IMG/VR virus record: IMGVR_UViG_3300025848_000001
Span: 1 to 64,000 of that record
Reading direction: 5' to 3' (one strand)
Origin: a virus
Taxonomy: Duplodnaviria; Caudoviricetes
DNA length: 64,000 bases
The notes under the pieces: generated by a model
Database searches by the model: none
What the model saw: only the letters and a program-made list of their open reading frames with translations
What the model was told of the DNA's origin: nothing
In this document: positions 39,523 to 49,832 of the stretch, in pieces
Numbering within the stretch: the stretch's first letter is position 1
Layout of the letters: every line of letters starts with the position of its first letter
Translations under genes and position numbers: made by a program

Positions 39523-41196
39523 TTATACTGCTCCTCCTCCACCGCCACCGCAGCTGTCTCCACCAAAATCTCCTACGCTATAAGCACTAACCCCTGAAGA
39601 ATTTCTAGCTCTAACAAACCAATACCAACTTCCAGAAACTCCAACAGTAGCACTTGGAATTGTTATTCCAGTAAAATCTGCACCATCTCCTGTATACTGT
39701 GTTGAAGAAGATTGATACCATAATTCATAAGATGTTGCGCCAGATACTGCATTCCAAGATAAATTTGTTCCGCTTCCATTATTACAAGCAGTTAATCCTG
39801 TTGGAGTTGCTGGAGCAGTACTTCCACCACCACCACCACCTGGAGCTGTCCATGAAATACTAGAAGTAGCAGTGTGTCCTGTAGATGATGTAACGGTCAA
39901 TGAAATACTATATGTAGTTCCAGCTGTGTGAGTTCCTATATATTTTTGTCTATCTGCATCTGCTGTGCCAGTGAATGATGAACCTCCTCCAGCGCCTCCA
40001 GTTGATGGGTTAACTGATATAGAATATGTATCTTGATAATCTACTGTCCAGTTTACATATGTTAATGTGCTACTGTTAGTTACAGATAAACTGCTAATTG
40101 TAGGAACAATTGGAGTGACTGTCCATTGTGCATAAAGTGTTGTAGTTGATCCTGGTGTATATGATGACCCAACATCAACTATTTTTGTTCCACCTGAAGT
40201 ACTATTCCACCAACCAGTACATGTATAACCAGATCTTGTTGGTGTTGGAGCTGTGACAGAACTTCCAGCATTTACACTGCTTGATGTTGGACTAACAGAT
40301 CCACCATTTGCATCCCATGTGACCGTATAAGTATTTATTTGCCATTGTGCATATAATGTAACTGAAGCTGTAGGATAATATGTATTTCCTCCTCCATTAA
40401 TATAAGTACCTCCAGAGGATGCGGTATACCATCCAAGAAAACTATAATTTGTTCTAGATGGCGTAGGCAATACAACTCCACCAGAATTAGTTCCAGATGA
40501 AGATGTTGGACTAACAGATCCGCCATTTGCATTAAATGTTACTGTATAAGATATTGCAGACCATTGTGCATATATTGTTGTAGTAGATGGAGGAGTATAA
40601 GAATTATTTGTTGTTCCCAAATAAGTTCCACCAGAGGCTGCTGTATACCAACCATTAAAAGTATAATAATCTCTGCTTGCTGAAGGCAAAGTGACTGCAC
40701 TTCCAGCATTTACTGTTGTAGATGTAGAAGCATTTCCAAGTACAATTCCACCATTTCCATTATATGTAAGTGTATATGTTGAAGCAACTATTGTTATTCC
40801 ATTGCTTGAATTAGCAGAAAGCGTTCCCCTATTATTAACAGCTGTGACGGTACAAGTTATTGAATTTCCTATATCTGCTGTCACTGTAGTATATGTTGAA
40901 GATGTTGCACCAGATATATTAGATCCAGCTCTTTTCCATTGATAGGTGTATGATGTTGGAGCATATGCTAAGTTAGTATTCCAAGATCCGTTCGTTACAG
41001 ATAGTGTTTGTCCTTGTGTTGTAGATCCAGATACTGTTGGAGATCCTGTATTTATTGGATATTCTGGATACCATTGCTTCCATAGAGAGCCATTCCATAT
41101 CCAGCCTTTTGTTGCATTTTTCCATGCGGTACCGTTATAAAGTTTTAATCCATTTATATTTTTCCAATTAGCTCCGTCATGAATTTTTGTAACCAT
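39523..41196 (-). CDS. Ig-like virion protein with three Listeria-Bacteroides (InlB B-type) repeats and FN3
   Basis: 3x YTVTFNANGG...P.R..Y.F.GWYTA.SGGT...TLYAQW; N-terminal Ig (GQTLSVTNGSW...YQW); C-terminal APATPTGL FN3. Confidence 0.85.
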   Translation of the reverse strand: MVTKIHDGANWKNINGLKLYNGTAWKNATKGWIWNGSLWKQWYPEYPINTGSPTVSGSTTQGQTLSVTNGSWNTNLAYAPTSYTYQWKRAGSNISGATSSTYTTVTADIGNSITCTVTAVNNRGTLSANSSNGITIVASTYTLTYNGNGGIVLGNASTSTTVNAGSAVTLPSASRDYYTFNGWYTAASGGTYLGTTNNSYTPPSTTTIYAQWSAISYTVTFNANGGSVSPTSSSGTNSGGVVLPTPSRTNYSFLGWYTASSGGTYINGGGNTYYPTASVTLYAQWQINTYTVTWDANGGSVSPTSSSVNAGSSVTAPTPTRSGYTCTGWWNSTSGGTKIVDVGSSYTPGSTTTLYAQWTVTPIVPTISSLSVTNSSTLTYVNWTVDYQDTYSISVNPSTGGAGGGSSFTGTADADRQKYIGTHTAGTTYSISLTVTSSTGHTATSSISWTAPGGGGGGSTAPATPTGLTACNNGSGTNLSWNAVSGATSYELWYQSSSTQYTGDGADFTGITIPSATVGVSGSWYWFVRARNSSGVSAYSVGDFGGDSCGGGGGGAV

Positions 41197-41198
41197 GA

Positions 41199-42887
<1,689 letters not shown>

Positions 42888-42896
42888 AATTTTTAA

Positions 42897-43973
42897 TTAT
42901 ACCATCTGATATGTTCTAATATCTCGTTCATACCAGCCTTTCCCCCATAACTTTAATAAGTCTTGGAAGTATCTTTCATATTGATATTTTACAATATCTA
43001 CTGAATAAAGGGAAATTGCCCTATCCCTAATATATACTGGATCTAAGGATTTTACCGCCTCAACTGCCTCACAAAATTCTTCAAAAGTTCTACATCTAAA
43101 TCCAGTTTTGCCGTGCTCTACCGTTTCGGTAAATGCCCCCCAATCAGTTGTAATAACTGGAGTTCCACAAGCCTGGGATTCAATATTAACATTACCAAAA
43201 GGCTCTATATAAAGTGTTGGGACAAATGTAGCAATTGCATTACCCATAAGCTTAGCTCTTTCTTCTGGTCCAACGGGACCTACATATTCTCCATATCCTT
43301 TAAAATCTCCTGGGCCAGCAACTATCAACCTTTTACCTAATTCTTGACATACTTGTTGAGCTATGTGATAGCCTTTTCTATCTATTAGTCTTCCTATAAA
43401 TAAATAATAATCATCTTTTTTCTCTACAAGTGGAAACATTTCTGGATCTAAATATCCTGGAATAACTCTATCAAAAAATGCACCATTTGATGCTGCTGCA
43501 TCTTTATTCTGTGCATATATTGAATGCATCCAAGAATATGATTCAAATACTTTATATGGGCTAAAAACTCCTGAATATCCTACACCAAATTCTATAGATA
43601 TATGATTTGGAAATGAGTCAGCTATTATCTTATGAGCATGTCCACCAATTAAACAAATAAAATCTTTTTGTTTTATTCTTTTTCCTATTTCATTAATAGC
43701 AGTTCTGTTAAATGATACCCAATGTTGTTTTGTATAATCAAAAGACCCAGATGTAAAGTGCTGACCATTTAATGATTTTAATCTTTGTTCTTCTGTAATA
43801 CATGAAATTAATTCTGTAACTTCTGCCTCATTTTGATCTCCCGCATACAAATAAACTTCATGCCCCAAAGATTTCATCATATTACAAAAACGCCTAACTT
43901 TTTCTGTATAGGCGCAATTAACAAATTGTTTAGTTGTTTGAGTATGTGGTAAAGATACTACATGAAAACGCAT
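42897..43973 (-). CDS. Glycosyltransferase, GT-B fold (GT4 family)
   Basis: FIGRLIDRKG, EPFGNVNIESQACGTPVITTDWGA (Ex7E motif). Confidence 0.92.
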   Translation of the reverse strand: MRFHVVSLPHTQTTKQFVNCAYTEKVRRFCNMMKSLGHEVYLYAGDQNEAEVTELISCITEEQRLKSLNGQHFTSGSFDYTKQHWVSFNRTAINEIGKRIKQKDFICLIGGHAHKIIADSFPNHISIEFGVGYSGVFSPYKVFESYSWMHSIYAQNKDAAASNGAFFDRVIPGYLDPEMFPLVEKKDDYYLFIGRLIDRKGYHIAQQVCQELGKRLIVAGPGDFKGYGEYVGPVGPEERAKLMGNAIATFVPTLYIEPFGNVNIESQACGTPVITTDWGAFTETVEHGKTGFRCRTFEEFCEAVEAVKSLDPVYIRDRAISLYSVDIVKYQYERYFQDLLKLWGKGWYERDIRTYQMV

Positions 43974-44665
43974 TATTTAAGCCAGTGAGTTGTATACATG
44001 ATCTTACTGCCTTTAGTGACTGGTAAAGATTCATGTAGATATGGTGCAGTTGAAGGGAAAAGCACCAGGCTTCCAGCTTTTGGTTTTATTTTTACATCTT
44101 GATTTTTAAAATAAATTTCTCCGCCTTCATAATCATCATTAAGATATGTAACCATTGAATACTTTAAATTTGTTCCTGTGCCAGTAGGGTCTTCTGCGTC
44201 ACAATGTGGGCCCATACCCTGACCTTCATTATATTTATATAAATTTATATATTGTAAATTTATATTTGGTTTTTCTGGAACGTAATTAGATTTCATTTTT
44301 TTATGATAGATAATCTGTGTATCATAAAATCTATTTGCTGTCATTTCTGGAGACATCATAAGACTATTTATAACATATAAAATTTGTTTATTTAGGAAAT
44401 CATCGCCAGTATTTATATTTTTTTTAGAAGAATCAATATGTTTCCCAGAACCAATTATAAACGATTTATCATCGCTTGCGGTCCAATCTCCCCATTTACT
44501 TATTGCTTCATGGGACAATGGATTTAAATCAATTTTTTCTATTAAATCTACTAAAATTTCTGGATAGCTAACTGTATTTTCAAAATAATATATATTCTGA
44601 TGGTTGAAAACCATATCGAACATTACATACATCTGTCTTGGAGGTATGTTTTTAATTTCAAGCAT
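43973..44665 (-). CDS. 2OG-Fe(II) oxygenase, prolyl 4-hydroxylase-like
   Basis: PHCD...YLNDDYEGGEIYF...KPKAGSLVLFPS...HESLPV...K. Confidence 0.9.
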   Translation of the reverse strand: MLEIKNIPPRQMYVMFDMVFNHQNIYYFENTVSYPEILVDLIEKIDLNPLSHEAISKWGDWTASDDKSFIIGSGKHIDSSKKNINTGDDFLNKQILYVINSLMMSPEMTANRFYDTQIIYHKKMKSNYVPEKPNINLQYINLYKYNEGQGMGPHCDAEDPTGTGTNLKYSMVTYLNDDYEGGEIYFKNQDVKIKPKAGSLVLFPSTAPYLHESLPVTKGSKIMYTTHWLK

Positions 44666-45434
44666 CTATTTCTCCAGTTTCTGCTAACTCTGCATCATAT
44701 TCTTTCCAATCTGGAGTTATTCTTTTACCTTTGTTTCTTATCTCTTCCCACTCTTTTTGTTCTACAGCCTGCTTTGCTCTTGTTTCTTTAATTTCATCTT
44801 CCCAAGAAGATTTCTTATTTACATCATAAGCTTCCTCTGGCCTATCATCCCAAAATGATCCCACTGTGTATCTGTCATTTTTTGTTACAATTGTTACTTC
44901 ATGCATATTTTCATGGCCACCATCAAATATTGCGTACATACCAGCTTTTGGCTTTATACTTAAATCAAAATTTTTAAAATTTAATTCGCCTCCGCCAAAA
45001 TCATCATTGAGATACAAGAATCCTGCATATCTACTTCTTTCAAATGCGCTAGGAACTCCATCGTAGCTATTATCTGAATGAAATCCAGCAAATGCCCCAG
45101 GAATCCATTTTTGAGAATGAAAACTAATTTTATAAGCTGGGCCTCCAATAATTTGTTCTGCTCCCCATTTAAATTTTTCTTCTAAGTCTTCAAAAAAATT
45201 ATTTGGAAGTCCTGCATCTTTATACCATTTTTCTAAAGTCTTTGGATTGTTTGTAAGCTGATGCGGCATATTGTATGCATATGACTCATAAAAAGAAATT
45301 GGATGCCAGGAAAAATCTCCAGACTCTATTAAGTTATTAAACATTTTTATAATACCAGCACATTCCTCTGGCGTTATAAAATCTTCATAAACCCATACTG
45401 GGTGATCTCCTTCTCTATATTTTATTAAATTCAT
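44658..45434 (-). CDS. 2OG-Fe(II) oxygenase, prolyl 4-hydroxylase-like
   Basis: FHSD...YLNDDFGGGEL...HEVTIV...RYT. Confidence 0.9.
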   Translation of the reverse strand: MNLIKYREGDHPVWVYEDFITPEECAGIIKMFNNLIESGDFSWHPISFYESYAYNMPHQLTNNPKTLEKWYKDAGLPNNFFEDLEEKFKWGAEQIIGGPAYKISFHSQKWIPGAFAGFHSDNSYDGVPSAFERSRYAGFLYLNDDFGGGELNFKNFDLSIKPKAGMYAIFDGGHENMHEVTIVTKNDRYTVGSFWDDRPEEAYDVNKKSSWEDEIKETRAKQAVEQKEWEEIRNKGKRITPDWKEYDAELAETGEIDA

Positions 45435-46300
45435 TTATATAAATCTCCTTCTAATGGAATGTTTTCAATTATATCTTCATAAGGAATAATCTTTCCATCT
45501 TTAACATATAACATATTTCTTGGATCTTCATAAGCAACTCTTTCTAGTTCTTGCTTAGCCCATCTGTACGCTCCCAATCTTTTTTGATTAGCAAGCCATT
45601 CCTGTGACCCATCATAATCTGTCATAATAAAATTTCTAATAAAAAACTTATTGCCGTCTGGTATTGTTTTTACTCCATGCCAATATGGCTCGCCTGATGG
45701 AAAAACAACAATGTCTCCAGCTTTTGGCTTATGGTTTATAAACTGACCATCTATATAAAATTCTATATCTCCACCATTATAATTATCATTTATATAAAAA
45801 GTGCATGTAGTATGAAATTTTTCTCCTGGCATATCTTTTTGAGAAATAATAAAATCCGTATGATATTGCATTGTCATTTTATTATTTAACTGATCAATTT
45901 TATTAAAGTATTTACACCAAGATTGTCCGCTATATCTTGCATTTTCTGGAATTTTAATATTAGTATGTTTAAAATAATGTGAAATTGCTTTATCGTAAGA
46001 AACAGCTATCTCTTCATATAATTTTTTTTCTTCTTCAAAAATAATGCCTTTTTCGGCAGAATCAATTTCGCCTTCGCCTTTTGCCTGTGTATAAGTTCCA
46101 AAATGTGCCCAAGCATCCCATGTTTTAAAAAAATATTTTCCGTTACTGCTTTCTTCTGATCTCATCATAATTTTATATGCACTATCTGGATCAGACAACA
46201 TATTTCTATATACAATTATTCCTGGATATATTTCTTCCCAAGATAGCTCGTGTAAATCTTCTCTTAAATTTAAGTTATGCATTTTGCGAATCTCCTCCAA
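45431..46300 (-). CDS. 2OG-Fe(II) oxygenase, prolyl 4-hydroxylase-like
   Basis: YHTD...YINDNYNGGDI...HGVKTI...K. Confidence 0.9.
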   Translation of the reverse strand: MEEIRKMHNLNLREDLHELSWEEIYPGIIVYRNMLSDPDSAYKIMMRSEESSNGKYFFKTWDAWAHFGTYTQAKGEGEIDSAEKGIIFEEEKKLYEEIAVSYDKAISHYFKHTNIKIPENARYSGQSWCKYFNKIDQLNNKMTMQYHTDFIISQKDMPGEKFHTTCTFYINDNYNGGDIEFYIDGQFINHKPKAGDIVVFPSGEPYWHGVKTIPDGNKFFIRNFIMTDYDGSQEWLANQKRLGAYRWAKQELERVAYEDPRNMLYVKDGKIIPYEDIIENIPLEGDLYK

Positions 46301-47045
46301 AATATTTCTGCCATGCTGGTGATTTATAAAAATTATTTTCCGAACCTTCTGGTGGTTGTTTTTCTCCAGTATGCTTTAGGATGGTCCAAAAAAATGGAGA
46401 TGTAAATCTATTACCAGATCTTACTGGACGAACTCCATGTACATAATGTTTATCGCCTGGGAAAAAATATGCTGCACCAGCTTTGGGCTTGAACTCTATA
46501 CCCTGTCTTGGGAAATATAATTCTCCTCCTTCATAATCGTCATTAAAATAAAATAAGCCAGCAATGTCATACCATGGAAAATCATTTGGTCTTCCTTCTT
46601 CTAATCCAGTATGAAATTCTTTATCTGCGTGTGGTTCTTGTCTTGCCCCTACAGGCCATCTAACTATAGCAGGACCTGTCGCTTGAACATCAACATTAAA
46701 AAATTTATCTACTTCTATTTTTAATCTATCAATCATTTGCCACAATAAATCAACTATCTCTGGGTCAGATTTCATCAAAGAATTACCAGTACACACTCTA
46801 TCTTTCCAAATATTAGCATCATATAAAACAATACCATCTTCATCTACGTGTGTTTCTGTTTCGTCCCAAACTTTATTATTTAAAGCAAAATTTATTAATC
46901 TTTCTTTTTCTTCTTCTGTTAAAAAATTTGGAAGCTCTACTATATTACTAATATCTGTACCAAAAAATCCAGATGGGGTTACAGATATTGGGGCTCTTCC
47001 TCCGCCCATTATACCTTGATTTACTATTTCCACTGATTCTCCCAT
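46275..47045 (-). CDS. 2OG-Fe(II) oxygenase, prolyl 4-hydroxylase-like
   Basis: PHAD...YFNDDYEGGELYF...HGVRPV...RFT. Confidence 0.9.
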   Translation of the reverse strand: MGESVEIVNQGIMGGGRAPISVTPSGFFGTDISNIVELPNFLTEEEKERLINFALNNKVWDETETHVDEDGIVLYDANIWKDRVCTGNSLMKSDPEIVDLLWQMIDRLKIEVDKFFNVDVQATGPAIVRWPVGARQEPHADKEFHTGLEEGRPNDFPWYDIAGLFYFNDDYEGGELYFPRQGIEFKPKAGAAYFFPGDKHYVHGVRPVRSGNRFTSPFFWTILKHTGEKQPPEGSENNFYKSPAWQKYFGGDSQNA

Positions 47046-47069
47046 ACTATTAATATATCATATTTAAAT

Positions 47070-47798
47070 TTAAATATCTATAGTTTTATCAATAATCTTT
47101 AATTTTATTGATTTTACTTCATGTTCGCCTATTGAATTTCCTTTATGATCAACTGCATCTCTATAAAAATTAGACCATTCTGCTTTCTTATTTAATTCAA
47201 TAATTGCTTGAGAGTATCCAATATTATCAGCATGATCATCACTTTCATGATTTAATATATGAACTTCTGAATTATTTATATTTGAAAGTGATATTGGAAT
47301 TATTGAACATATTGGATGACCTGCTGGAATTGTTATTTCTGTATTTGGTTTTGTTATCATCCAGGCTACTGGTAATTCCCCTTTAAAAAATGAAGTACTT
47401 ATTAATGTAGTAAAACATTGTGCCCCGTCAATAAAAAAATTAGGGGCTGGCATAGTAAGCAATGTAGTATTTTCATCGGTTTTAAATTTAATACCTGTAT
47501 TAAAACTTATTGTTGAATTTGCCCTTCCAGTGTAGGCATATTTTTCTCCTTTTATAATTTTAACATGTTTATCAGCAGAGTCAGAGATACCGTCCCAAAT
47601 AAATGTAATGTCTTCTGGAAATGATAAATACCAGCCTAATGTATTTGTTAATGTAACTGGAAAACAATGATACGCATGTTTTTTCCAAGTTTTATCCATC
47701 CAATTTCTTTTTACTGGTAAAGTATTTATTTGTGATAAATTTTTATTAGTAAGATATGCCTTTATGACTTCCATCTTTATCACTTTCTCTTGGCACAT
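47070..47798 (-). CDS. DUF6065-like protein
   Basis: R.WMD...HAYHCFPVTLTNTLGW...WDG pattern recalled for DUF6065; start may be 47774. Confidence 0.65.
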   Translation of the reverse strand: MCQEKVIKMEVIKAYLTNKNLSQINTLPVKRNWMDKTWKKHAYHCFPVTLTNTLGWYLSFPEDITFIWDGISDSADKHVKIIKGEKYAYTGRANSTISFNTGIKFKTDENTTLLTMPAPNFFIDGAQCFTTLISTSFFKGELPVAWMITKPNTEITIPAGHPICSIIPISLSNINNSEVHILNHESDDHADNIGYSQAIIELNKKAEWSNFYRDAVDHKGNSIGEHEVKSIKLKIIDKTIDI

Positions 47799-48447
47799 TA
47801 GAATTCATTTTTTTCATTCTAAGCATATCAAAATCTGGATTATGTGTATTATCGTTATAATCCAACATAGTAACTATAGAATATTTTGTTCCAGTAGTGA
47901 CTGGTTTTGCTACATGAGAAAATAAATAAGTAGATGGGAATATAACAATATCGCCAGCCTCTGGCTTAATTGTTAATTTAAGTTTTGGAAAATAAAGTTC
48001 TCCACCTTCATAATCATCATTTGGATAAGAAACTAAAGATACTGTGGCTATATAAGAATATCCGTGATCTGAATGCTCTTGAAAATGTTGACCTGGGCCA
48101 TATTTAATAAAATTCATGGCTTCCCAATATTTCATTTCAATATTATACATTCTGCAATAATCTTTGACTGCATTAATTTGCATATCATATGCGTACTGCC
48201 AAATGTCGTTTAATTCTTTTCTTGCGTTATCCATGTCCATAACTTGTATGTTTTGTATTTTAAAATCAACACAATCTCTATAAGATGGAACTTTTTGAGC
48301 ATACCCTACAGTAGCTTCTGCCCAACTATATTTATCTGGATATTTTTTTAAAAAATTTTCTACATTATCAATTATATTTTTATTGATCTGATTTTTGTAT
48401 ACCCAGATTCCAGCAAATACTTCTTGCTTAACAATGTCATTAGACAC
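47746..48447 (-). CDS. 2OG-Fe(II) oxygenase, prolyl 4-hydroxylase-like
   Basis: EHSD...YPNDDYEGGELYF...HVAKPV...KYS. Confidence 0.9.
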   Translation of the reverse strand: MSNDIVKQEVFAGIWVYKNQINKNIIDNVENFLKKYPDKYSWAEATVGYAQKVPSYRDCVDFKIQNIQVMDMDNARKELNDIWQYAYDMQINAVKDYCRMYNIEMKYWEAMNFIKYGPGQHFQEHSDHGYSYIATVSLVSYPNDDYEGGELYFPKLKLTIKPEAGDIVIFPSTYLFSHVAKPVTTGTKYSIVTMLDYNDNTHNPDFDMLRMKKMNSNVPRESDKDGSHKGISY

Positions 48448-48455
48448 TAATATCT

Positions 48456-48872
48456 CTATTCTTTAAACTGTGTACCGTCCCATGACATTCCAATTTTTAA
48501 ATTAGAATATTCCATATCAGTACAATCTACAGCAATAACCCCTTCGGATTCTGCAATATTAAATAGCGCTTTTCTTTTTTCTGTCCAAACTTTTATAATA
48601 CCTTTTACTGAGTTATCTTGAACTATCGCAAAAGCATATGGAGAATCTGTTGCTTTTCTTTCTAATTCACCTTCTACAAAAGAAGAAGTATTTGGATCCC
48701 ATACAGATCCAATTTGTACCTTTTTATTATTAGAAACATCTTTTAATAAAATAGGGTTGGAAAGAATTGAAGTATATCTTTCAACTCTTTCCAAGCTATC
48801 TCTAGATTCTTCTAGGTCGATAAACTCTATAATACCGTTAGTATTTGTGACAAGTGCCCAAACTTTTTTCAT
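48456..48872 (-). CDS. Hypothetical protein with internal duplication (possible fibre chaperone)
   Basis: Two half-repeats ending IGSVWD...F and IGMSWDGTQF; follows the FN3 gene. Confidence 0.6.
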   Translation of the reverse strand: MKKVWALVTNTNGIIEFIDLEESRDSLERVERYTSILSNPILLKDVSNNKKVQIGSVWDPNTSSFVEGELERKATDSPYAFAIVQDNSVKGIIKVWTEKRKALFNIAESEGVIAVDCTDMEYSNLKIGMSWDGTQFKE

Positions 48873-48921
48873 TTTTTTCTCCTTATGTGTAGTGTACCAA
48901 AATTATATAATTTAGTCAATA

Positions 48922-49815
48922 TTAATAAAATCTTGGCGACCAGAAACCACCGAATCCTGGAGGCGCAAAGAATCCTGGAGGCGCAAAGAATCCTGGAGGC
49001 GCAAAGAATCCTGGAGGCGCAAAGAATGATGGAGGCGCAAAGAATGATGGAGGCGCAAAGAATGATGGAGGCGCAAAGAATGATGGTGGGAAAAATGGAG
49101 GCGCAAAAAATCCTGGTGGGAAAAATGGAGGCGCAAAAAATCCTGGTGGGAAAAATGGCGGCGCAAAGAATCCTGGTGGGAAAAATGGCGGGCTAAAAAA
49201 TGATGGAGCTAATGTTGTTACAGGAGCTGAATATATACTAAATGCTCCAGAACCGTTAGCATTTCTAGCTCTAACTCTATAAGACTGGCTAGTATTTGGC
49301 TCATTTGTTATTGTTGTGCTACCACTACCTGCTTGTGTTACAGTTTTTGTTTTTGCTGGAGTTTCATTAGATTCAATATAATAATCTATAATTGTTGAAC
49401 CACCATCTGCTGGAGCAGTCCATGTGACTGTATCAGCATCTACTCCTGCCGTTGCTCCTGGCTGACTTGGTGCAGCTGGAACTGTTGTTACAACTATTGC
49501 AGAACTTGTTGTTCCAACACATTCCCCGTAAGCATCATATGATCTAATTGTATATGTATTAGAAGAACCTGTTGCTAATAAGGTATCTGAATAAGTGTTT
49601 GATGGGTGCGCTACAGTTGCAATTAACGATCCATTTCTATAAACTTTATAACCCGATGGAGTATTACCTGTAGATGGATTTGTCCAAGACAAATCTATTC
49701 TTCCATCATTGTATGGTCTGTTAGAAGGAAGAGGTGTAACAACTAAATTAGTCACACACGCTGGTCCGATAAAGTTATCTTGTGCTGATGACTTTGTACC
49801 TATATTTTTTGTCAT
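48922..49815 (-). CDS. Two-FN3-domain protein with Pro/Phe-rich C-terminal repeat tail
   Basis: LSWTNP...YKVY and VTWTAPADGGSTIIDY...YRVRARNANG FN3 domains, then (FFAPP/FFPP)n. Confidence 0.85.
   Translation of the reverse strand: MTKNIGTKSSAQDNFIGPACVTNLVVTPLPSNRPYNDGRIDLSWTNPSTGNTPSGYKVYRNGSLIATVAHPSNTYSDTLLATGSSNTYTIRSYDAYGECVGTTSSAIVVTTVPAAPSQPGATAGVDADTVTWTAPADGGSTIIDYYIESNETPAKTKTVTQAGSGSTTITNEPNTSQSYRVRARNANGSGAFSIYSAPVTTLAPSFFSPPFFPPGFFAPPFFPPGFFAPPFFPPGFFAPPFFPPSFFAPPSFFAPPSFFAPPSFFAPPGFFAPPGFFAPPGFFAPPGFGGFWSPRFY
48950..49205. repeat. Coding tandem repeats (18-bp and 30-bp units) encoding [GS]FFAPP and GFFAPPFFPP
   Basis: GGAGGCGCAAAGAATCCT / GGAGGCGCAAAGAATGAT units in direct tandem on the plus strand. 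Confidence 0.95.
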
Positions 49816-49832
49816 TATTTATCCCCTATTCT

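Noticed and set aside
43973-48447. DNA hypermodification (TET/JBP plus glycosyltransferase)
   Set aside because: Motifs are P4H-like (Y.NDDYEGGE) and the context is virion genes with no methylase nearby. Disfavoured rather than excluded.
48885-49196. ILEAQR-repeat and HHSLRL-repeat ORFs; possible CRISPR array
   Set aside because: Other frames of the FFAPP repeat. Units are directly tandem with no spacers, so not CRISPR.
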